A DNA stretch of 47,681 nt. Source: a virus. The translations under genes and the position numbers were made by a program. A model generated the notes under the pieces. The model saw nothing but the letters and a program-made list of their open reading frames with translations, did no database searches and was not told the origin of the DNA. This document shows, piece by piece, positions 17,924-24,700 of the stretch; the stretch's first letter is position 1, and each line of letters opens with the position of its first letter. Where the stretch lies: positions 1-47,681 of the IMG/VR virus record IMGVR_UViG_3300000271_000001; one strand, 5' to 3'.

Positions 17924-18415
17924 ACCGCTCTAAAGATGCGCTGCGCTTTTTGAAATCCCCTTCCCTGGAAATCGCGCTAGCGCAAAAAGGCTCGGCTGTT
18001 TCGATCCTGGGGGAAAAACGAGGAACGGCGCGAAGCGGGTTCCGAAGTCCCCAGGAACGGAACAGTGAGCAGACAAGGTCGGAACGAGCGCATGCGGAGC
18101 ATGCCCGAAGTGCAGACCGCGGCAGTGCTGGGGATGGGTGAAAACCTCGGGAAGCTGAACAGCGAAGCGCTTTTTAAGAAACCCGGAACGCCAGAACTGA
18201 CATGATCACGAAAGGTCCCTTGTGAAAAACGCAAACCCTCAACCCCGTGCTGCGAAACGGTTCTATGAAACACGGGGAAACATTCGTGCGCTGAAAAACG
18301 TGATCATAAAACCCCCTTCTGTAAACTCAAAAACCCGCAAACCCTTGAGCCCCAAAGCTTACGCGCAAGGCGATATGTTGACGCCTGTTTATTGGACGAA
18401 AAAAATAATCGCTGA

Positions 18416-18446
18416 AACCCGCACTGGAAGCGGGTTCCAACTTTTT
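18416..18446 (+). terminator. weak terminator-like hairpin
   Basis: AACCCGC (18416-18422) pairs with GCGGGTT (18430-18436) around a 7-nt loop. T5 follows after a 5-nt gap. Confidence 0.3.
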
Positions 18447-18457
18447 AGGGAGCTTTT

Positions 18458-18577
18458 ATGATCACCATGGCGGGCTGTCCCGCGCATGCTGAATCGGCAG
18501 AATTGAAACAGGAGTTGAGAAGTTCACATTTTGCACAGAAAAACCAAGCGTCGCTGAAAAAAACGGGGAGGGGATAA
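18458..18577 (+). CDS. possible 39-aa ORF
   Basis: An AGGGAG RBS (18447-18452) lies 5 nt upstream of ATG 18458. Product is MITMAGCPAHAESAELKQELRSSHFAQKNQASLKKTGRG. No other support. Confidence 0.2.
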   Translation: MITMAGCPAHAESAELKQELRSSHFAQKNQASLKKTGRG

Positions 18578-18584
18578 AGCCCCG
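18557..18584 (-). terminator. minus-strand intrinsic terminator
   Basis: On the minus strand, CGGGG(11-nt loop)CCCCG is followed by T7 (plus-strand A7 at 18557-18563). Confidence 0.4.
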
Positions 18585-18891
18585 AGCGCACAGGCTGATT
18601 ACAAGACTCGCGCATTGATCAATTTCGCAATCGCAAGCGCGGAAAATTCCCAGGCGCGAAACAAGCTGTGCAGCGTTTCGGTCGAATGCGATCGACGCGA
18701 ATTTTGCGATTTCAGTCCGCGAATCTTAACAAAGGGATCAAAAATTCATCAAAAAAGCGATGCGTTTGGGTAATGAAAAAGCTGGCGGGTAGGTCACACT
18801 TGCCTTCGGCCACTTCGAGATACCGGCGGCCGGTAGATTATAAGAAGCGAAACCGTAAAAACATTGGGGCCCAAGGGTTTCAAAATCGAAA

Positions 18892-18931
18892 AGTCATCCT
18901 GGGAATGACTTGAGTCATCCTGGGAATGACT
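18892..18931. promoter_or_regulatory. tandem pair of identical 19-bp palindromic operator-like sites
   Basis: AGTCATCCTGGGAATGACT occurs at 18892-18910 and 18913-18931 (21-bp period). Each site is a 6-bp inverted repeat (AGTCAT/ATGACT) with a 7-bp spacer. Confidence 0.7.
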
Positions 18932-18939
18932 GCGCATAT

Positions 18940-18968
18940 TTGAACCGACGATTTATGGCGCTTTTTAT
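18940..18968 (+). promoter_or_regulatory. candidate rightward promoter of the accessory operon
   Basis: TTGAAC (18940-18945), 17-nt spacer, TTTTAT (18963-18968). It lies 9 nt right of operator copy 2. Confidence 0.35.
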
Positions 18969-19186
18969 GGGTGTTTTTTGACTTGAGAGGCCACAATGCT
19001 ATTGCAAGCCGGCATTGCGTTTGTTCAAACCGCGACAGCTGAACCACAGTATTTCCATGCGCGACAGGATGCACCGCCTAAAAAAAAGCCTGCCAGGAAC
19101 GCGAAGCAGAGTTATCAAACCTTGGGGAGTGTGCTAGTGGAAAGCCGCAGTCACTCGAACCTCGCAAAATCCATGATGGGCAAACG

Positions 19187-19804
19187 ATGCAAAAAAGAGT
19201 CCGCCAAACTTTGAAGCGATGGAATAAAACCGATCATATTCACTGGGCAGTCCGAGCGTATGCCAGCAACGACTTGCTGGGCTATCTGCGTAATTTCTTT
19301 ATGCTCATTAACAATTGGAACAATTCACCTGAAACAGAGGAAACTCTGCGCAGGACCATATTTGCGGACACAGGCGAGGAAAAATGGACGCTGGGAAGTA
19401 TATCGAACGGAATAAATTCGCTCGAAAAGAAATATGGTGAAATCGAGCGTGTAAACGCATATCAGGTAAGGTGGAACCCCGAAATCGTAAACATGGGGGG
19501 ATCACAGATCGTAAGATCAAGCTACGGTGGAACCTCTGTCAAATATAGCGTGCAGGAAACTGCGCTCATAGAAAAGCTTAAGGAAAAATACCAGAGTGAC
19601 TTCATATTCAAAACGAATCACGAAATTAAAGAGGCCATACAGCAACGGGAAGACGAACTTTTCGATCGACTCACAAGCTTAACGGAAATGCTCAAAGCTG
19701 CGCTTGCTCTACTCCCGCCAGCAGACCGGGAAAGACTTATCGCAGAGTACGATTACGACGAACCAGTTTTTGATTTTGATTATAGAACCACACTAAGGAC
19801 ATAA
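19187..19804 (+). CDS. hypothetical protein (orphan)
   Basis: 205-aa ORF in an AT-rich context. No motif recognised. The RBS is weak, so the start is uncertain. Confidence 0.5.
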   Translation: MQKRVRQTLKRWNKTDHIHWAVRAYASNDLLGYLRNFFMLINNWNNSPETEETLRRTIFADTGEEKWTLGSISNGINSLEKKYGEIERVNAYQVRWNPEIVNMGGSQIVRSSYGGTSVKYSVQETALIEKLKEKYQSDFIFKTNHEIKEAIQQREDELFDRLTSLTEMLKAALALLPPADRERLIAEYDYDEPVFDFDYRTTLRT

Positions 19805-19843
19805 TTTCCCAAACGGGAACCTTCAAAAAGGGAGTGAAATTTC

Positions 19844-20002
19844 ATGAAAAAGACGGAGAAGAAAATAGCTCGGAATAGAGAAGATGTTCTGGCCAGCCTG
19901 GACAAGATCACGAACTTTTTGAAAGACTTCACGAATGAGATCCGTGAACAAAAGACACAGATTGCTGTTAAGGGAAAGCCACGTTTGCATGTTGTGAAGT
20001 GA
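19844..20002 (+). CDS. small coiled-coil protein (52 aa)
   Basis: GGGAG RBS, then ATG 19844 and TGA 20000-20002, translated by hand. Preferred over the antisense track ORF at 19823..20011. Confidence 0.45.
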   Translation: MKKTEKKIARNREDVLASLDKITNFLKDFTNEIREQKTQIAVKGKPRLHVVK

Positions 20003-20009
20003 AAAGCGC

Positions 20010-20255
20010 ATGGACGAATTTAAGAACCAATTAAAAGCTGCGAGTCGTAGCAGCAGTACGGATCAACTTACTGAGGGAGTAAGGGAACTCAGGAAACAGG
20101 TCGAAGAACTGCATCAACTGTTTCACCAGTTTTCGCATGAATACGCGAAGTGGAAAAAACCACGCGCAGAGTCGATCGACCATACTCAAGAGCATGAAAA
20201 CCCTAGAACTCACCTGAGTCTGATAAAAGAAGAAAACCCGCCTCAGAAAAATTAA
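20010..20255 (+). CDS. hypothetical coiled-coil protein
   Basis: 81-aa ORF. Confidence 0.5.
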   Translation: MDEFKNQLKAASRSSSTDQLTEGVRELRKQVEELHQLFHQFSHEYAKWKKPRAESIDHTQEHENPRTHLSLIKEENPPQKN

Positions 20256-20282
20256 ATCAAGACTTTACCTGATCTTACCGAA

Positions 20283-20314
20283 AACCCCTGGCATACAAAC
20301 TTTTTCCAGGGGTT
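20283..20314 (+). promoter_or_regulatory. 9-bp perfect hairpin covering the RBS of the next gene
   Basis: AACCCCTGG (20283-20291) pairs with CCAGGGGTT (20306-20314). The 3' arm contains the AGGGG Shine-Dalgarno of ATG 20322. Confidence 0.5.
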
Positions 20315-20321
20315 GAAATTT

Positions 20322-21098
20322 ATGAAGTATTTCGTGCTGGGATCGGTATTTTTTGCCATGCAAGCCTGTGCGACCGTGCTCGACCATGGTCGGAACGAAT
20401 GTCAGGATCCCGAGGAATACTGGGGACAGAAATGGGTGGAAAATTATTCCAAGGATCTTTCCAGTCTGTCCTTAGAGGAATTGCGCAAAATGAACGATAC
20501 AATGGGGAACAAGCAGTCGGTCCTGGTGATCGAACGAATGAAGCGCTGCAGCAATCCCAAGGCGAAAGACATGAGCGAAAGACACCCGACCTTCCTTGTG
20601 AAACTTGACCAGGCTATTCAATCCAAGCAAACCCAGCTTGAACAGGTGCGCGCGGAAAACCTGAAACAGATCGAAGCGGACGAAGCTGCAGAAATGGAAG
20701 CGCAGGAAAGGGAAAAGCAAGCGGTCTGCGACAAGGTCGGTAAGGTGATAAAGAAAAAGGGACTGAAAACAGAATGCGGTTTGACCGTGAACGACATAAT
20801 CACCGGGCTATTGAGGAATTTTGCTTCGGTGAAGGACGTAAAAAACGCAGTCGGTGATATTGGAACCCGCGAATCAGCATGGACCGCTTTCCAGGCTTTC
20901 CCCGACAGGGCTTTGTTCATGAGCGACAGCGGTGTCGTCCTTTTAGTGAAGCGCCAGGGGATCCTGGAAAGCCAGAAACTTTCAGACCTGGGATGCTTCG
21001 TCGCAGAAATGAAGTGCTTCCTGGCGTTCGACGGTGTCACGACCTACCAGACGAACTTCGGATCCAAACAGGCTTTCGTGTTCCGGGTAGTCGAGTGA
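20322..21098 (+). CDS. secreted or lipoprotein-like protein
   Basis: N-terminus MKYFVLGSVFFAMQAC is a signal peptide with a Cys at an imperfect lipobox. There is a central coiled coil. Confidence 0.55.
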   Translation: MKYFVLGSVFFAMQACATVLDHGRNECQDPEEYWGQKWVENYSKDLSSLSLEELRKMNDTMGNKQSVLVIERMKRCSNPKAKDMSERHPTFLVKLDQAIQSKQTQLEQVRAENLKQIEADEAAEMEAQEREKQAVCDKVGKVIKKKGLKTECGLTVNDIITGLLRNFASVKDVKNAVGDIGTRESAWTAFQAFPDRALFMSDSGVVLLVKRQGILESQKLSDLGCFVAEMKCFLAFDGVTTYQTNFGSKQAFVFRVVE

Positions 21099-21123
21099 GC
21101 TGGTCCCGTCTGAATTTTCCCGC

Positions 21124-21152
21124 CTGATAATTTATCAGAAAACTGATATCAG
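21124..21152. promoter_or_regulatory. two adjacent palindromes sharing the half-site CTGATA
   Basis: CTGATAATTTATCAG (21124-21138) and CTGATATCAG (21143-21152). Confidence 0.5.
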
Positions 21153-21199
21153 AATTCCTGGAAGGGCAATCCCAGCCCTTTAGCGGGAGTTTATTCCTC

Positions 21200-21490
21200 A
21201 TGATCGAACTAAATCCAATCTCATTTGCAGCCGGGTATTGTTCCGGTGTCCTGATCACTGGGCTGATCGGCTACCGTTTGGTCTGGAAGCGGTATAGACG
21301 ACTGCGCGACCACGCTGCATACCAGGACATAAAGGTCACTCGAATCTATAGGGACGGTGTTCTGCAAACGCAGACGGTCGAACCCTTGAACCCCTTCGAC
21401 AAGGAAAAGGACGACGGGACGCTTCCGCTCCCTTTGGTTGAGGTTCCACCGGGGACGCGAATGAGCGAAATCCAGGAAAGGAAGCACTAA
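21200..21490 (+). CDS. small membrane protein
   Basis: 96 aa with an N-terminal TM segment (ISFAAGYCSGVLITGLIGYRLVW). GGGAG RBS. Confidence 0.55.
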   Translation: MIELNPISFAAGYCSGVLITGLIGYRLVWKRYRRLRDHAAYQDIKVTRIYRDGVLQTQTVEPLNPFDKEKDDGTLPLPLVEVPPGTRMSEIQERKH

Positions 21491-21684
21491 TGCTTCATTG
21501 TTTCTATTGCGGGGAGCGCGCATCGTTCCTCTGCGATTATCCCGACTGCGATCGTCCTATATGCGCTGGCCATACCAGGCGAATCGGTTTCGTCTGCTAT
21601 CGCGCGAGGAACAAGCGCTTGAGCGACACGGTCGATTGCTGCACAACTCACGACGACTGGAAAGGCGACTATGCAGACCGATGA
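21490..21684 (+). CDS. small Cys-rich (zinc-binding-like) protein
   Basis: 64 aa containing CFYCG...CDYPDCDRPIC...H...CC. TAATG overlap with the upstream gene. Confidence 0.5.
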   Translation: MLHCFYCGERASFLCDYPDCDRPICAGHTRRIGFVCYRARNKRLSDTVDCCTTHDDWKGDYADR

Positions 21685-21895
21685 CCAGGGACCGAAGGTT
21701 CCAAAGCACTATGGTTTTCTTACGCTGGCGACCAGCTGGCTGGCGAACGAAATCGGGAAAAAGATGAACACGCTGGCACGCGACGAAAACGAAGAACGGG
21801 AAGCGCTGATGCAGCTGGAACACGATGTCCTGATCGCGCTGCAAAAATATCAGCAATACTTCGATGAAAAAAAAGGCGACGACACCGATGGCTAA
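21671..21895 (+). CDS. hypothetical protein
   Basis: 74-aa ORF with operon overlap. Confidence 0.45.
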   Translation: MQTDDQGPKVPKHYGFLTLATSWLANEIGKKMNTLARDENEEREALMQLEHDVLIALQKYQQYFDEKKGDDTDG

Positions 21896-22055
21896 AATGC
21901 AAAAATTTCGGTTCCTTTACTGCACGGGCGACGGTGAAGTCGTGAAAGAGGAATTCGAATTCGAGGACGGGACCAGAATGGAAACAGTTCGTCTGGAATT
22001 CCTGGACTGGCTGCAGAAAAAGACCAGCGCGACTTTTTATCCCGTCAACCAATAG
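21888..22055 (+). CDS. hypothetical protein
   Basis: ATG 21888 overlaps the upstream stop by 8 nt. 55 aa. Confidence 0.4.
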   Translation: MAKMQKFRFLYCTGDGEVVKEEFEFEDGTRMETVRLEFLDWLQKKTSATFYPVNQ

Positions 22056-22071
22056 TCATTGGGGGAATCGA

Positions 22072-22335
22072 ATGAAAAAGAACGAATCGCAGAAAATGAT
22101 CACAATGCCTTACCAGGAATACCTGGACGACCTTGAAGCTGTACGAGCTGAAGTATATGAACAGCGCATAGCCCCGATCAGGGAGCTGATCGAAGTCGGG
22201 GTCAGCTTGCATAAGACGATCGACAGGATGCCACACGTTTTCTGGAAGTTCGAAGGGACCAAGGAAAAGCTTATGGAACAACTCTGCGAAATTCTCGATA
22301 TGCCCACCGTGGACGAAATGCGCAAGGGTTTATAA
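22072..22335 (+). CDS. hypothetical protein
   Basis: 87-aa ORF. Confidence 0.5.
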   Translation: MKKNESQKMITMPYQEYLDDLEAVRAEVYEQRIAPIRELIEVGVSLHKTIDRMPHVFWKFEGTKEKLMEQLCEILDMPTVDEMRKGL

Positions 22336-22352
22336 AGGGGGAAACAGGTGTT

Positions 22353-22676
22353 ATGCAGCGAATTCAATTTCTGAACCCATGGGGGACGATCGCCTTTTCC
22401 GACATGCAAATGCGCAAGCTGATCGGGTTCGGTGCTCCGATCATGAACGGTTCGGAATTCATCGGGTGGAACGTGAGCGCAAACCCCTGCCAGCTCGACT
22501 TTTCAGTGTGGCTTTCCTTCGTCCCCGACGTTTACCGCGATCAGTGCATGGACATTTGCAGACGTGTCGCTCAGGAATTTCACTATCGAATGATCAAGGA
22601 TCAAACCCATGAGGAAATCATAGTCGCAGTGCAGCGGCGAATCTGGCGCGAAGTCGAACCCGTCGCTGTCGAATAG
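22353..22676 (+). CDS. hypothetical protein
   Basis: 107-aa ORF. Confidence 0.5.
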   Translation: MQRIQFLNPWGTIAFSDMQMRKLIGFGAPIMNGSEFIGWNVSANPCQLDFSVWLSFVPDVYRDQCMDICRRVAQEFHYRMIKDQTHEEIIVAVQRRIWREVEPVAVE

Positions 22677-22743
22677 ATTTCTGGTTATGATGATTAGTAA
22701 GTTTCACCCCGGTAAACGCACTGAATATAAAGGAGCGCACGAC

Positions 22744-22962
22744 ATGAGCGACAAGCCTAAAACCTACGATCCGAAAAAAGCGCGCGTGGTGATCGGGGGG
22801 GAGGAAGTCGAACCCTTTGAAGGAACGATTATGGGGACATGGAAAACCGATCAGCAAACCGACCATGGAAAAATTCATGCAGAAACTATAGAAAGGAAAT
22901 GCGAGTGCGGAAAGGCTGAGTGCGAACACTGTTCGACTCCAGGATCATACCGGAAAGGATAA
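22744..22962 (+). CDS. small Cys-containing protein
   Basis: AAAGGAG RBS before ATG 22744. 72 aa with a C-terminal CECGKAECEHC motif. Confidence 0.45.
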   Translation: MSDKPKTYDPKKARVVIGGEEVEPFEGTIMGTWKTDQQTDHGKIHAETIERKCECGKAECEHCSTPGSYRKG

Positions 22963-22965
22963 GAG

Positions 22966-23385
22966 ATGTATTTTAACGCGACCAGAACCGATCGGGTTCC
23001 GGGTGTGATATACCCGACAAACCGCTGTTTCGACGATGCAGTTGAAATTGCGATGAAACTGGTCGCACGGTTTCCAGTTCATGGCATGCTCAGTCGAATC
23101 AGAATCGTCCACGGTTTGCTTACCATGCCTATGGAAAGCGAGGTTTTCGCGCATGCCTGGGTTCTGCTTGATCGTGACAAGGTGATTCAGCGCGGGATTA
23201 AGGACGACATGGTAATCGAATACGCCTTGACCGTCGATGAATTCAGGGACCTTTACAAACCCGCTCACTGTATCCAATATAGCCTGAAAGAAATCAGGGG
23301 ACTGATTCAGCGGAATAAGAACTGCGGTCCTTTTAACCGAAGGTTCTGGAACCATGTGAACTGGAACGGGGGAAAGCCTGAGTGA
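22966..23385 (+). CDS. hypothetical protein with a Cys...His arrangement (possible papain-like fold)
   Basis: 139 aa with NRCFDDAVE, then FAHAWVLLD and further His/Asn residues. The fold idea is speculative. Confidence 0.4.
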   Translation: MYFNATRTDRVPGVIYPTNRCFDDAVEIAMKLVARFPVHGMLSRIRIVHGLLTMPMESEVFAHAWVLLDRDKVIQRGIKDDMVIEYALTVDEFRDLYKPAHCIQYSLKEIRGLIQRNKNCGPFNRRFWNHVNWNGGKPE

Positions 23386-23648
23386 AACAAAAGCTAGTTC
23401 GGTATGCAGCTGCATTTTTATTTTTCAACGCATTGCTTGCAGGTGTCGGGATTTTTCTGAACCTGACCAGCACTGGCGACAGCGAACGCAATATGCTGCC
23501 GCTTGATAAGACGTTCTGTGTCGAAATCTGCCTTAAGGAACTGCAGGAACGCGCTGTCTTTCCTGACTTTCACGAAGCTGTCAAACGCTGCGATTTTATG
23601 TTTGGGGGAACCGATACGTGCGAGCTGTCGAGTCAGCGGGTGAAGTAA
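23382..23648 (+). CDS. small membrane or secreted protein
   Basis: GTGA overlap start. N-terminal hydrophobic segment AAAFLFFNALLAGVGIFLNL. Confidence 0.45.
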   Translation: MKQKLVRYAAAFLFFNALLAGVGIFLNLTSTGDSERNMLPLDKTFCVEICLKELQERAVFPDFHEAVKRCDFMFGGTDTCELSSQRVK

Positions 23649-23933
23649 AAAAAGTGTTCCATGTGAAACTATTTTTGACTTTCGTCAATCTGATTTTGCT
23701 TCCAGCTGCAATTCTGCTTGGGGCTTTGAAAGGTTTCGGGGTGATAAGCGCGAACCTTGTCGAGCTATGGACAGGTCGTGTGGGCAAGTGATCGGACAAA
23801 GCTTTTTGCTGACACTCGGAGTCGTCCCCTTGATCACTTCCCGCCATGGCTGCGGAATTCCTCGAACCCCCACACGACCTGCAATTCCATGATAAGCTGT
23901 CCACGTTGCGATATCCAATAGCAGAGGTATGAA

Positions 23934-24239
23934 ATGAAAGAATGGCTCTTAGGTCTTATCGTGCGTTTCATCGTCGAACAGATCCGCAACGGTGGAATTG
24001 AATCGCTTGCGGAAAAGCTGCAGGCGATTGTAATCCCCACTGTTCGCAAGTATAAAGACGAAATTTTTGATCGTCTGAAAGCCGAAGCTGCAGCGGACGG
24101 TGATCCGAACGGATTGAACGATTCAGTCGTCGAAGCACTGGACCTTTTTTTCGACGCGCTGATCCCGAACTGTTCACAATGCCTGGCCAGTGTGTCAAAA
24201 TCAGAAAATCAGCAAAGCGAAAATCTGGCGGTGAGCTAG
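23934..24239 (+). CDS. hypothetical protein
   Basis: 101-aa ORF with an AGAGG RBS. It is the last gene before two terminators. Confidence 0.5.
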   Translation: MKEWLLGLIVRFIVEQIRNGGIESLAEKLQAIVIPTVRKYKDEIFDRLKAEAAADGDPNGLNDSVVEALDLFFDALIPNCSQCLASVSKSENQQSENLAVS

Positions 24240-24256
24240 AGGGAAAAGCAAGGGGG

Positions 24257-24290
24257 ACCGGGACGCGCACACGTTTCCGGTTTTTTTCTT
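24257..24290 (+). terminator. intrinsic terminator
   Basis: ACCGGGA (24257-24263) pairs with TTCCGGT (24275-24281), followed by T7CTTTT. Confidence 0.65.
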
Positions 24291-24393
24291 TTGCCCGCTG
24301 CGTCTGACTTCCAGCCTGGCGACATGATAAGATCGTGCTATGCCATAACGGGCGACGCGCTCAGAATTTCGAGGACAGTCAGTCGTAAGCGGG

Positions 24394-24425
24394 GCCCCGG
24401 GATCTTTCCCAGGGGCTCTTTTTTT
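24394..24425 (+). terminator. intrinsic terminator (second of a tandem pair)
   Basis: GCCCCGGGA pairs with TCCC(A)GGGGC around a TCTT loop, followed by TCTTTTTTT. Confidence 0.65.
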
Positions 24426-24700
24426 ATGCACCGATCACCTTCCATGGCGCAATTAAACCGAGCTACGTTTTATTTGATAACTTCGATTTTCATTCCATGT
24501 CACATTGACTAAAAGATTGCGAAACGACCTTTATGCAATTTGATCGAATCATTCAGTCGGCACCGATCACGCCTCGCCGCGGACGAGCTCTAACGAGGCG
24601 AGGCATCGAGGCGAAAATCTCGAGCGCGCGCGGCGAACTCACTCTCGAAGTTTCCAAACGAATCGGGCAAGCTTGACGAAAATTCGGGGGAGCGCAAACC

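Noticed and set aside
17328-18273. Multiple overlapping 80-190-aa ORFs on both strands in the ORF-poor region (for example 17328-17900 minus, 17485-17757 plus, 17863-18141 plus, 17977-18273 minus).
   Set aside because: They overlap one another in all frames, lack RBSs and translate to Pro/Arg/Ser/Gly-rich strings. Only 17372-17692 (minus) has coherent expression signals, so I kept it as a low-confidence feature.
18892-18931. Possibility that the 19-bp repeats are a CRISPR mini-array.
   Set aside because: There are only two copies, separated by 2 nt with no spacer. They are palindromic and sit at a promoter, which fits operators rather than CRISPR repeats.
18880-19074. A 64-aa minus-strand ORF and an 81-aa plus-strand ORF (18668-18913) spanning the operator pair.
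   Set aside because: Their repeated peptide segments simply reflect translation of the DNA repeat. There is no RBS.
17301-24509. GTCA-N3-TGAC palindromes near both island borders (GTCAAATTGAC at 17301-17311 and GTCACATTGAC at 24499-24509), considered as possible recombination sites.
   Set aside because: The match is only 8 fixed bases, which is expected by chance several times in 47.6 kb. There is no extended flanking similarity.
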